Positions 19,206 to 30,800 of a stretch of DNA of 64,000 nucleotides are shown one piece after another; position 1 is the first letter of the stretch; each line of letters starts with the position of its first letter. A program made the translations under genes and the position numbers. The notes under the pieces were generated by a model. It saw nothing but the letters and a program-made list of their open reading frames with translations. It did no database searches and had not been told where the DNA came from. Origin of the DNA: a virus; IMG/VR virus record IMGVR_UViG_3300001765_000030, positions 117,191-181,190 of that record, one strand, 5' to 3'.

Positions 19206-21383
19206 TTATTTCTTGCGTTTCTTGTTTACAATCAGAGACTGATCTTCGAGTTTATAATTTCTCTTAAGATACGGTCTAGTTCTTGCAAACTCTTCACCAT
19301 TCTTCAAGAATTCTTTATTCTTGAAGAAGATATCGAATATTCCTGGAGTATTTTTCTTCAATGTATCCGCAACTTCAAATTGTCTACGGAGATCTTGGAA
19401 TACAACTCCGCTCAAGAAATCAGATCGTTGAATAGCTTGGGTAAGCTTAACAAACTGAATTTCAGGTTCGATAAGAGTACTGTAATCGGGTTTTGTAATT
19501 ACATCATCGATTACACGAGTAAGATTCATCACAAGTGTTTCCATGTGGATAAACATACCATGACTCTTGATTTCAGCTTTATGGAGAACGTCGTAAATAT
19601 CATAGATCATTTCTTCAGCTTTAGTATACGTTGGAGTTTTAATTCCATCGATAGTAGCTTTGATCATACGAAGATATTTAGAAACTTCTTCTGTAAGTAG
19701 TTTTACATTAAAAACGCTTTCAGCAGGTTCCATATCATTGAAATTTATAGCGAAGAATTCTTGATCCTGAAGCTCGAGATCCCAGTTCGCAGTATCATTC
19801 ATAGTTTCGATATTGACGATACTATTGACAACATCTTCAGTTCTAACTATAGTACCGCGTTTATCAGATATCAATGAAATCAAATTATCACTGATATTTA
19901 CAAAGAATCCTTTATCATCAAGATCCATACCACGCAGATTTCCATTCTCTACAACATAGATCATCTCTATTTCTTTTGAGAAATTAAGACCTTCTTCAAC
20001 ACTTCCGTTATCAATAACGTTGTCTGAAGAAAGGATATCATTCGCAATATCCATTGGAATGAGAAGAACTACATCTTTTCGGGAACATATATCTTTTCTT
20101 GGATAAATATTAGAGTTAGATTCAGTAAAGTATCTTTCAATAATATCTCCAACGATCTCTTCAGATTTAGTCTTAGAAGCATGTTTTGCCGATAGACCAA
20201 GCTGTGTAACAGGGTTGATCAGTTTAATTGAAACCAATCCTCCTACACGAGCATCTGACAATGGAACATGTTTATTTCCAAAACATGTACAACACACTTT
20301 TCTCAACTTATGACCCGTAATACATTTAGTATGGGATCTGATCTGAATAGTTGTTCCAATCAAGTGTTTATCATCTGTAGTAATTTCACGGAGTTTTGAT
20401 CCATCACTACTCATAACCATATACTTACCTTCAATAAGTTTAAGATAATCATAATCTTCAACATAAAGGTTTAAGTAATGTTTAGTTCCACAATCGAAGA
20501 TATTCGAATCCAGAATAGTATTCAGACATGCAATATTTACTTTACGTGAAATATAGCCTGAATCTGGAACTGCATCTTTCTTAACGATGATACTGTTACG
20601 TGTAGATACTGCTTCTGCGAAGAATTCACTCACAGTTTGCATACCATGCATCCAACCCTTTTCAATAAGTCTTGGAAGAATAGTTTTATCTATATCGTAA
20701 CGACCTCCAACTGCAATAAACATCTGACTCATCTGAAGTTCTTTTACAATTCCAGTTGAGATAAATGGATACAAATTACTACGACGGTCTTCAATAATCA
20801 AATTGTAGAGTCGTTTGGTTGCGAAATCTAAAAATTTCTCAATCTCTGAGATACTCATAGTTTCAAGATTCAACTGAGTATTAAATAACTCTGCGAACTT
20901 TGGATTTCGAGATTCAAATGCCATCACGTCATACAGACTGAAAGTATTTGATACCACATCACCATAGAATCTTGCGATTTTAATGATACGCTCTTTAACA
21001 GTTCCAACAATATTTACACTGTTGAGATTGTATCCGAGTTTCATAAACTTCGAGATTATTTTATCCATTGTGGATATGAAATTCCCTTTAGTCGCAGATG
21101 TAAGATCGTGAAGATCTTCGGAAATTATCTTCTCGCTATAGTTAATATTGAACAACCACAAAATCAAATTGATGTAGAATGTTGAATAATTCACCTTATA
21201 GAGAGTTCCATCGTCCAACTCAACAATCACAGACTTGTGAACTATCGTTGGATCTTCCATAATTCTCATTTCAATCTTATTTAAAAGTTGAAAATAAGTT
21301 TTAACTCTCCCACTCTTTTGCACTATGCCAGTAAGCGCTGAAGTTGAGAATTTAGCAGAATCAGTTTTTACAACACTGGACAT
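19206..21383 (-). CDS. rpoC: Phage RNA polymerase beta' C-terminal subunit (probably virion RNAP)
   Basis: DSGYISRK, DCGT, RSHTKC...VCCTCFG Zn site, trigger-loop-like NPVTQLGLSAKH; no DFDGD. Confidence 0.88.
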   Translation of the reverse strand: MSSVVKTDSAKFSTSALTGIVQKSGRVKTYFQLLNKIEMRIMEDPTIVHKSVIVELDDGTLYKVNYSTFYINLILWLFNINYSEKIISEDLHDLTSATKGNFISTMDKIISKFMKLGYNLNSVNIVGTVKERIIKIARFYGDVVSNTFSLYDVMAFESRNPKFAELFNTQLNLETMSISEIEKFLDFATKRLYNLIIEDRRSNLYPFISTGIVKELQMSQMFIAVGGRYDIDKTILPRLIEKGWMHGMQTVSEFFAEAVSTRNSIIVKKDAVPDSGYISRKVNIACLNTILDSNIFDCGTKHYLNLYVEDYDYLKLIEGKYMVMSSDGSKLREITTDDKHLIGTTIQIRSHTKCITGHKLRKVCCTCFGNKHVPLSDARVGGLVSIKLINPVTQLGLSAKHASKTKSEEIVGDIIERYFTESNSNIYPRKDICSRKDVVLLIPMDIANDILSSDNVIDNGSVEEGLNFSKEIEMIYVVENGNLRGMDLDDKGFFVNISDNLISLISDKRGTIVRTEDVVNSIVNIETMNDTANWDLELQDQEFFAINFNDMEPAESVFNVKLLTEEVSKYLRMIKATIDGIKTPTYTKAEEMIYDIYDVLHKAEIKSHGMFIHMETLVMNLTRVIDDVITKPDYSTLIEPEIQFVKLTQAIQRSDFLSGVVFQDLRRQFEVADTLKKNTPGIFDIFFKNKEFLKNGEEFARTRPYLKRNYKLEDQSLIVNKKRKK

Positions 21384-21411
21384 ACACCCTCCGAATTATA
21401 AGTCCTAAATT

Positions 21412-21426
21412 TACATTAGATTGTTT
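21412..21426 (-). promoter_or_regulatory. Late-type promoter
   Basis: AAACAATCTAATGTA. Confidence 0.7.
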
Positions 21427-21475
21427 ACCCTTAAATTAATATATAATCAAGATAGCTCTTTGGGAATTTATAGAA

Positions 21476-21500
21476 AAGTGGTGGGACGAACCCACCACTT
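21476..21500. terminator. Intergenic hairpin
   Basis: AAGTGGTGGG/CCCACCACTT. Confidence 0.75.
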
Positions 21501-21505
21501 CAATA

Positions 21506-21946
21506 TTATTTAACGACGTTTTTGCACGTATCTTCCAAAGGACATGTTGAACAAAATCTCTCAAGCTCAGGAATCTCTGAACCTTCAAAATTATAACATA
21601 TCGGAACATCACGTCTCATGTCACAAGTGTCTTTAAATGCACAACCTTTGCACATTTTAGAACTTACATTTTCTTTAGGGATGTTTTCATTGCAATAACA
21701 CGGTTGTAATCCCATAAGAGTCTGAGATCTTCTAATCTTGTTAAGTCTTATAAGGATTTCAAGTTCTTTAAAATGCAAACTATCTTCCATTTTACAATAT
21801 TTGTTTCCACATATTGTCGTAGATTTATCATTCATATGACTAGCCGTATTATGTTCTCCTGTGAGAATATGAACTGCTGAATTAATAAGTCTGTTCACTA
21901 TAACGTTGAACTTTTCCGATACACTTTTTACAAATTTAAAAAGCAC
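21506..21946 (-). CDS. Cys-rich hypothetical protein
   Basis: GTG start with GGAG SD; multiple CxxC/CxC clusters. Confidence 0.7.
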   Translation of the reverse strand: MLFKFVKSVSEKFNVIVNRLINSAVHILTGEHNTASHMNDKSTTICGNKYCKMEDSLHFKELEILIRLNKIRRSQTLMGLQPCYCNENIPKENVSSKMCKGCAFKDTCDMRRDVPICYNFEGSEIPELERFCSTCPLEDTCKNVVK

Positions 21947-21973
21947 TTTCTACTCCTTTTATAAGATTTTCTA

Positions 21974-22010
21974 TCCAATTATATGTTTTATACTTAAACA
22001 TTAGAATGTA
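21974..22010. promoter_or_regulatory. Divergent pair of late-type promoters
   Basis: AAACATATAATTGGA (-, 21974-21988) and AAACATTAGAATGTA (+, 21996-22010). Confidence 0.7.
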
Positions 22011-22036
22011 TAGAAATTATTTAACGGAGATTCATT

Positions 22037-22729
22037 ATGGCGACTATCAAGAAGAGTCCTGAAAGAATTCAAGCGGAAAAAGAAATATGTGCATTAATGG
22101 ATGCATTTGATAAAAGCGGGTACAATAGTAGTACATATAAAGAACTGTTTGAAACTATGAGCGATGGCGAATTCAAACGATATATGAAAGATATTGTTGA
22201 AGAAGAAACATATATTCAATTTGAAGTTGACACATTTGGCGATAAAATTACACTCGATAAAATATTCGACGTGTGCGAATCTATAGGATTTAGAACTCAC
22301 AAATATGTAATGTATCGTGAGAATGAATCTGCTGATGGATCTATATGCTCGATTACACCTCATCCTGCACTTATACTTTACTTGCCTGTAAAACGTCTTC
22401 AACAGATGGTTTCTAAAAAGAATGCTGCGTCTGGAAATATTGATAAAATAAACCCTATGACAGGTACAGTGACTAGCGATAGTAAATCTGCTGGTATAAA
22501 TGATACTCAAACTTTCGGATTAATTACAACAGGTCAGAAGAATACAATTAAAGAATTATTGGGACCTAGAGCTGATGATGAAGTATCTAAGAAACAGATG
22601 CTTCATTTAATTGAAGAACGCGGAGATGTATCTCTTAAAGATCTTCATATAGTTCCTAAAAACAAACAAGCTTTACAAACGATGAGCGTTTTCTTACGTG
22701 GAGTTGGAATTGAAGTAGATGTAAAATAA
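22037..22729 (+). CDS. Small RNA polymerase beta C-terminal subunit (fifth-subunit type of virion RNAP)
   Basis: 'LYLPVKRLQQMV...ELLGPRADD...FLRGVGIEV' aligns by eye to the beta C-terminus 'YILKLHHLV...EMLTVKSDD...EIRSLGINI'; late-type promoter. Confidence 0.75.
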   Translation: MATIKKSPERIQAEKEICALMDAFDKSGYNSSTYKELFETMSDGEFKRYMKDIVEEETYIQFEVDTFGDKITLDKIFDVCESIGFRTHKYVMYRENESADGSICSITPHPALILYLPVKRLQQMVSKKNAASGNIDKINPMTGTVTSDSKSAGINDTQTFGLITTGQKNTIKELLGPRADDEVSKKQMLHLIEERGDVSLKDLHIVPKNKQALQTMSVFLRGVGIEVDVK

Positions 22730-22730
22730 A

Positions 22731-22752
22731 TAGTGGGGAGTGATCCCCACTA
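22731..22752. terminator. Bidirectional hairpin between convergent genes
   Basis: TAGTGGGGA/TCCCCACTA. Confidence 0.8.
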
Positions 22753-22762
22753 TTTAAATTTA

Positions 22763-24817
22763 TTATGGTACGCTGTCGTATTCAGTGGAAGCCACGTTCT
22801 TCTGAAACCCAGCAACGGTACCTCGTAAACCAAGTGCAGAAAGTATATTAGTTCCGAAGTTATGCTGACCATCAGGATTACCACCATTTGCAGAACTTAG
22901 AAAACGTCCGCCCGCTTTAAATGTATCTTCGAGATTTTTAAACCATCTGCCGGCACGTTTTAAAATATTGCGTTGATCCGTAAGGCTTAACCCTCCAAGT
23001 AAGCTAAGATATTGACTATATGAATCATTTCCCATAAATAATGAGAAAAATAACCCACGGTTCATCGACATCATCATTACAGGAGAAATATCTTTAATAG
23101 AAACGTTACATTTTATAGTTCTAGGTTTATTATCAATGGTCCAGTTATTTTTATCTTCACCTCTTTCAATTGAAAGAGATTCAATAATTCCCATAGGAAC
23201 GTTGAACAAACCATTCGATGAAACTCTTACAACAAATGGATTTGTATAAGTTTTAGAACCAATCTGTCTAGGCATTGTCATTGCGAATAATAATAAAAAT
23301 GGGATGTATGTATTTTCAAATATTGAAAGATTATCCCCATAAGGAGATGTGAATTTGAAAGACATACTTACACTTCTACTGAAAGAAGAATCTGTCCATA
23401 CTTCCGGAAGAGAAATACGACCTTCACCCGAAAGAACTGTTCCAGAATCTCCTCGCAATAACGTTTTACCAACACGATCTACACGTGCTTTTACAGAATC
23501 CAAAAATGATTGAGCAGCATTTGCCCCGGCATCATTACTATAATTATTTATAGCTTCATTCTGAGCAGTTGCAGCTTCACCATTAAGGGATGATTGTAAA
23601 GGGTTCTGAGATGTACTATTATTGATACTTTCAGATATAGAAACATCTTTATTTATCATATAAGGTATAAATTCAGAACCATACGCGGAATCATCATAAA
23701 GGATACTTGCAAGTCTTAAACTTATCAAACGTCCAACATAACCATCCAATGCATTTTCAACCTTATTATCAACTTTAGTTGTCCAATCATTACCAAAGCT
23801 TTCATTATCCCTAAATTTCTCTCCAATTTGATTTAGAAGAGTTTCATCCATAGCGGTACCTTCATCGCCATAGTATTTAACTTCTCCTCCAGCATCATCA
23901 ACAGATCCATTTAAAAGGCCCATCATAGTTGCAACTTGTCGGAGTATATCATTTACATATTTATGGAAAAGATTGTATTGTGGAACAAAGATTGCATATT
24001 TTCTCAATCCAAGAACCCATTTTAATCCTTCAGTACCAAGTCGTAACGGAAATGTTGCAACATTCCAAGACGTAACTAATACTGTCTTTACTGCAATAAA
24101 TCCTTTCTCAACAAGATTTCCTCCACCATCACGGATGTAATTTAATATAGTCTTATCATCCCCACCTTCAAATGCAGTATTGGTAAATAAATTTGTATTG
24201 TATTTTATTTTTCCAACTTCAAAATATGCAATTGGATAATTCGATACGATTTTCTCATTATAAACTCTTCCCAAATGTGGAAAATATAAGTCACTTCTTA
24301 CATCATCGTGAGGATTGAACTGAAATGGAGGATTGATAACTTTACTTCTACCAATACCTGTGCCCATTTTATTTGTCTTATATTTTTTACCATCCTCTGT
24401 GATAGATGAATCAAAGAAGTTAAAATTTGAATCTCTATTAACCGAACCTTCTTCTCCATCGCCACCTTGAGATGCTGGACCTGTACCATCGTCTGCATCA
24501 GTATCAAGTATTGCTGAAATAGAATCTTTAGCGGCCAATTTAGATGAAGATACGATAGGAGTATAGAAATTTGATCCAGCATCGATCATTTTAAGACCAA
24601 TACCAGTACCATTACTAGATGTGGTGAGAGAGCTCTTTAAACTCTGACTCATTCTAGTAGATATACTTTTTCCAATATCATTGATAGTATCAATCTTTGA
24701 AAGGCCTGTAATATTATAATCACGCTTTATAGCAACTTTTGAAGTATCTGAAACGAACTGTGATAGATCGAGTTTCTCTTCTCTACTTTGACCAGGCACA
24801 TTTAATGGATCTGCCAT
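22763..24817 (-). CDS. Tail tube initiator / baseplate hub-type protein
   Basis: 'LPEVWTDSSFSRSVSMSFKFTSPYG...GIIESLSIERG...PRTIKCNVSIKDI' is typical of tube-fold baseplate proteins; follows the tape measure gene. Confidence 0.65.
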   Translation of the reverse strand: MADPLNVPGQSREEKLDLSQFVSDTSKVAIKRDYNITGLSKIDTINDIGKSISTRMSQSLKSSLTTSSNGTGIGLKMIDAGSNFYTPIVSSSKLAAKDSISAILDTDADDGTGPASQGGDGEEGSVNRDSNFNFFDSSITEDGKKYKTNKMGTGIGRSKVINPPFQFNPHDDVRSDLYFPHLGRVYNEKIVSNYPIAYFEVGKIKYNTNLFTNTAFEGGDDKTILNYIRDGGGNLVEKGFIAVKTVLVTSWNVATFPLRLGTEGLKWVLGLRKYAIFVPQYNLFHKYVNDILRQVATMMGLLNGSVDDAGGEVKYYGDEGTAMDETLLNQIGEKFRDNESFGNDWTTKVDNKVENALDGYVGRLISLRLASILYDDSAYGSEFIPYMINKDVSISESINNSTSQNPLQSSLNGEAATAQNEAINNYSNDAGANAAQSFLDSVKARVDRVGKTLLRGDSGTVLSGEGRISLPEVWTDSSFSRSVSMSFKFTSPYGDNLSIFENTYIPFLLLFAMTMPRQIGSKTYTNPFVVRVSSNGLFNVPMGIIESLSIERGEDKNNWTIDNKPRTIKCNVSIKDISPVMMMSMNRGLFFSLFMGNDSYSQYLSLLGGLSLTDQRNILKRAGRWFKNLEDTFKAGGRFLSSANGGNPDGQHNFGTNILSALGLRGTVAGFQKNVASTEYDSVP

Positions 24818-24833
24818 ATTTTCTCCTTAAAAT

Positions 24834-24867
24834 AAGTATACCCTATAAAATGTTATAGGGTATACTT
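24834..24867. terminator. Hairpin after tape-measure gene
   Basis: AAGTATACCCTATAA/TTATAGGGTATACTT. Confidence 0.75.
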
Positions 24868-24871
24868 ATTA

Positions 24872-27800
24872 TTATTTAGACTTACCTGTAGCAACGCTTT
24901 TATCTAAAGCTTCCTTAGTAGGAGTATTCTTACTACCAGTGGCCACTGGAGCAGCTTTCGCAGTTCCAGATTTCTTAGTGTTATCGCTATAATTCTCTCT
25001 AAGAACTGCAGTTTTGACATCTTTTCCAAATATTCTACCTTCGGCAGAAATACGGAATGCGTCAGCCTGACTATTATCGATTCCATATTCGACATCGCCA
25101 TTTAAGAATTTACGCATAGTGATAATATCACCCTTTTTATTCTTAGGCGTGTAATATGTAACATCTCCAATTTTAGTTCCCTCAAAATTCATAGCAACTG
25201 TGCCGGCTTTCTCGTGAGTAGCTCCCCATCCAGATATAGATTTCTGTATCCAGTCTGACAATTTCTTAGGATCTTCAACAATTGCATTACCCTTAAATGT
25301 GGTAACTTTATTTTGTTGCTTATACTTGTCTATTGCCGCTTGAGATTTAAGATCTCCTATCTGACCACCACCAGTTCCAGTAGGCGCATTCTGTTCTGCA
25401 GTTTTGCCATCGTCAAGAGACCCATCCCCTAATAGTTTTTGATCACCATTGGCAAGATCTATAACCTGGCCAGACGAATCCGTCATCCCAGTTCCTTCGC
25501 CAGTTTCTTGAAACGACATGCTTCCAGTATCACCGCCGCCGCCTCCGAAAGCTGATTTAAACTTCTCACCGAATGTATCAGACTTTCCATCCTGATTCAA
25601 GTCAGAATCTCCAAACAATCCTTTAAATTTCTCCATTAAACTAGGAGCTTTATTAGCTTTCTTTTGTTCATCAAGTAAACGTTTTCTAGACTTAGGATCT
25701 ACCTCAGCAAGAAGTTGTTTAGCAAGAATCTCATTTCTACTAATATCGCTATCGTATGTAGCTTTACTATTGTCCACAAGTATCGTTAACAATTCAACAA
25801 GTTTTGAAGTCATCGATTCATCAATTATATTGTGTCTAGATTGTTCAGCATAGATAGCCTTAAGCGCTCCAAGTTCAGTGTTAATAGCATTGCTCATGTT
25901 CATCATATTGTCAGCTACAGGAGAATTCTCAACCTTTTTCTCAGTTGTAGAAGTAATATTCCCAACATCCTTAGGTTCAGATTTCTTACTCTGCGAAGCT
26001 TTATCAATACTTTTAGAAACTATCCCAACGCTCGCGACTTTAGCTACATCACCTTTAGAAGGTTTAATATCTTTAGCCTTATCAACACCGACAGATTCGT
26101 TTATCTCATCGATCTTTTTACGACCTTTGTCATTAGCTTTAGGATCTACAGCAGCCTTCTTAGGACCAGTAGGTGCTGCAACTGGGGATGCTCCAGGTTT
26201 CTTAGCAACATTTGGAGGAGTTGGAGTATCAACCGCAGCTGATGCAGCAACAGATGCTGTTGTAACCGCAGGAGTTACAGATGCAACAGGAGTTGTAGGT
26301 TTAATAGCCTTTTCATCAATTGCATCGACAGGTTCCTTGCTAGTCATAGCTTTTTCATCTTCAGGAGTCTTAACTGAAGCTGCAACTAATTTAACACCTT
26401 TGACAAGAGATTCTGCCGCCTTTAAGAATTCACTACGGAAATTATTAATCTTAGCTTCATGATTTTCGTTTTTAGGAATAGCATTTACAACGTCGTCTCC
26501 ACCATAAGGTTTAGCGATCTTCTTACGAAGGTCTTCAACAGGTTTGTAAATCTTTTCAAGCCATTCTTCAAAATCGCCAATAGTTTTAAAATTCAATAGT
26601 TTAGAGTTGGATTTCTTACTACCGAATATTCTTTCCCAGAAGTTCTTAGTTTCGTATTCCATAAGACGTTTATGTTCTACTCTAAGTATAGTAGCTTTCT
26701 TGCCCATGAATACTTGGAAGTCGGCTGCAAATTCCTTCTCGCCGGCATTACCAAGTAATCCAAATATCATCTTCGCAATCTTAGCTGACGGAATAAATCC
26801 AAACAGAAGACAGCTCAACATATTTGCCACACCAGCAGTAAGTCTCATACCAAATGATACTTTAGCACCTCTTCCGAGTTCAAAATATCTATTAGCACTA
26901 TCCATACCTGTAATGAAGTCATTCACAAGTAATGCAATACCTACAGGACCGCCAGCATATTTTGCAAGAGATTTAAGAATTCCTTTACTAGCCGCCGGAG
27001 ATGCTAACACTTTAGGATTGATAATACTCTTAACAGCTTGAAGAACTGCAGTTCCAAATTTACCTTTAGTTATTTTCATAACTTGCTTAGATTTGAGAAC
27101 CTTTTGAACAAGATCTTCTAACTTTGATATAATATTCTTGACTACAGGAATCTTCTTACCAGCATCAATACCACGTTTAGCGATATTTACACCAGCTTTA
27201 CCGACATCCCCTAAACCACTGAACAGTTTCTTATATCCAAACCCAAGAGCCATTAACATAGGAGCTCTAGCTTTAAATACACTAGTAGATCTTGCAGATT
27301 TTTCAGATTCCGACATTTCTCTACCTGAGGAAGAGAAACTTGAAGATCCTGAAGTTCCTGTTTGGTGACTTATGCGGTCTCCAACGGTTCCATCTTCAAA
27401 TACTTCTTTAGAACTCTGACTGTTAGACTTCTCGTACAGTTTCTTACCAGCATATGCGGTTACACCTACAGCTGCAGCTCCTAGTCCAATTTTACCAGCA
27501 ATTTTAGCACCCTTAGCAAATTTACTAAATTTACCGCCAATACCACCTCCGCCAAGTAAGCCTCCAGCTCCACTGATAAGAACGTTACGTTCTATATCTT
27601 CAAGATTCTTTCCGATCTCACTCTTTTCAAAACCTTTAATAAGATCTTCTTGATCTTTCTTACGAGATTTTCTTTGTTCTTTAAGATTATCACGGATTTC
27701 AACAAGAGTGTCAGCCATCTTCTTCTCAGAAGCAGCTTTATCCTCTTCTTTCTGATCACGTTCTTGATCTTGAGAACTACCTTCCCGATTAAGGCCAGTT

Positions 27801-30800
27801 TTATTAGAATCTTCAGGTACAGACTTCTTAGTTGACCCAGTAATTTTCGAAAGTACATCTCCGATAGCTCCTAGACCACCCTTAGCACCTTCTTGAACTG
27901 CCCCAAGGATGTTTCCAAGTGGTCCATCAAAAGTTCTCTGAGCCCAGTTCTTCTGTTTACCTAAAAGTTTTGAACGTATAGCTTGAACTTCTCCGACGAG
28001 AATATTCAATGCTTCCTTCTGAGTATATTCTTTTCCACCATTAAGTGCATCTTCAGGACTATCAAACTTTTCAAGACCAGCTTCAGGATCTTTGCCAGCT
28101 ATCATTTTCTTAAGACGTTGACCAATTCCTGATGTTACATCTCCTGCAAATCCTGGAATTGAACTGAACCATTTAGCAATATTTCCACCAGCTACACCTA
28201 AACCAGGAGCAGCTTTTCCGAAAGCTGTCGTAATTGCTCCACCGGCATCGGCAATACCGCCTGCAACACGTTGGATCAATCCGCCTTTAATATTACCAAT
28301 TAATTCCCAAGCTTCAGGAGTATTCTTAGGATTGAGACCAATATTCTTACCTTTAGGAAGAAGGTTCTTATAAGCTTTACCTTTATAAGAAACTATTCGT
28401 CCTTTTTTATAAGATTCGGTTTCATCCCATGGAATATGTTTACCAGTTCCACTACCTTTAAGTGCATCACCGGCTCCACTCAAAATACTTCCATAAAACC
28501 CTGCAGTGGCTGAAAATGCTTTACCAAATCCATCACCAATACCGCGAATCAATCCGCCAGTTTTACTGAGTTTTCCAACACATTCCCAAGCTTCAGGAGT
28601 ATCTTTAGGTTTAAGACCAATATTCTTACCTTTAGGAAGAAGACTCTTATAAGCTTTACCTTTATAAGAAACACCTTGACCTTTTTTATAAGACTCGGTT
28701 TCATTCCAATTTGGATATTTGGTTTTATCGCCACTTCCCCCAAGGAAGTCGCCTACTGCAGTTCCTGCAGCTCCTAATACTCCGCCAAGACCTACGAGAC
28801 CACCTTTAACAACCCCTGTATATCCGGTACCTATATCGCCAAATCTTGACACAGTCCATTTTGCAAAACGTCTTCCACGCTGAATCCACTTAGAAGTTCC
28901 CTTATTGATCTCGACACTAGTTCTCCCAAACAGCCCCTTACCTTTAATTTTGATATTAAGTCCAGCCTTTTTCATCTTTTCTATAATATCTTCGGGTAAA
29001 CCTGGTAATTGGAGAGACATCAATATCTTTCCAAGACCTTCAAGATTATTCTGAAAACCGCTATTAAGATCATTTACCGCATCTACAACTCTCTGGAAAT
29101 CTTTTTCATTCGATTTCTGAAGAGATTCCAATGCAGTAATCAATGATTTCTGATCAAAACCAATATCTTTATTTTTAGTAGTTCCGCGTTTAGACGTTCC
29201 TTTCTTCATAAGATCAAATATACTTGAAACTTTTGAATCTATTGATCCAAGAAGCTTATGTACAGTTTTATCTTCAGAATTGATAGTCTGATTAACGGTA
29301 GTTGAAGAAGGTTTAGGAGTTGAACCAGTATTGAATCCTCCAAGATAATCCGCTTCAGAAGCACCATGGCCAGGATTTGCAACAGGTGCATTAGGATCAA
29401 CATATCTTGAAACAAACACCCAGAAATCAGTTTCATTTTCAGGATCTCTACCTAAATTTCTACCCTTTTTACTCTTACGAGTGTCAAGAGCTTTATAGAT
29501 AGCACCATTCCGAATAACCTGTCTACCTGAAAAGTATTCGGTTTTAGGATCCCAAGGCACTGGTTTATTTCTAGCTTGAGTATTTAATTCATTTTCAAGA
29601 AGATTTGTATCTACAGATCTTCCATGAATATCTTCTCCAAGTTGACCAAGTCCACGTTTAGCACGTTTGCCCAATCTCTCGCCAAGTCTTAAACCCTTAA
29701 TACTTTCATCAAACTCGTTATTCCCTTCATGTCGACTTTTCTTAAGAACTTTGGAATCGGAGTTCGTATTTTCATGCGCCCCCACCATTCCTTTGAATCC
29801 CATTTCGGTAAAATTATCAAGTTGTCTTTGAATATCAGCATTCTGTTTATCAACGATAGACTCTGCAGATTCCGAGAAATCCATATCATCGCCAAAGAGA
29901 AGTTTATGAATCATCTTCTCAACAGAATCAGTTCCTTTAAGAACTCCTCTACTAACCTTACCTTTAAGACCTTTGTCGCCACCTTTTTTATCCAGCTGAG
30001 ACAACAATGCTTTTGAAGATAATCCGCTGGTGTATTGATATAACTGAGCTTCGAGTTTTTGTTTCATCAACTCATCAAGTTTATCTTGAATCTCAGCATC
30101 ACGAATTGCGGAATCTTCTTTAGATTTTCTAGCAGCTTCTTTATGGGAAACCTTTTTAGTTTCAGCAAATTCCGCAACGCCTTTTTTAGGATATACTATA
30201 ATCCCTTCAAGCATCAACTCATAGATATTTGATAAAACGTTTAAAGGACTCGCACCAGATCTACCATCTGCGGCTTCTTGACCAACATCAGTAGTCTGGA
30301 AATCTTCCATTACCTTTGAACGTCCGCCATATTTAAGGGCGTGTTCTTCTTCCATTTTACGACGTTTAATCTTATTCTGATTATACGCAAACTGGTTGGT
30401 AATATTTCCATCTTTATCGATATACTTATAACTAAGGTCCAAAGTATCAATATTTCGAACTGCAGCTTCTTCTTGTTCACGATATGCTTTATCTGCAAGG
30501 AATGATCCTCCAGCAGCATTATCGTACATTTCAGGAACTTCTTCTTTATAAAATTTCTTAACCTTAGTTTGTACATCTCCAAGACTTAACGCAAAGTAAT
30601 TCTGGTCGACCTGGGCCATACCATTCTTACCTTTATCCTGGAATGCAAATTGGAAGATTTTTAATGATCTTTCATCTTGAACGCCAGTAAGGAGAGCCTT
30701 CTTATATCCCTCATCTTTTTCAACACGACCAGGAGTAAATTCGCCAGTACCAGTTGCAATATTGTTAAATATTGTTTCAAAATCGAGACTTAAAGTATTA

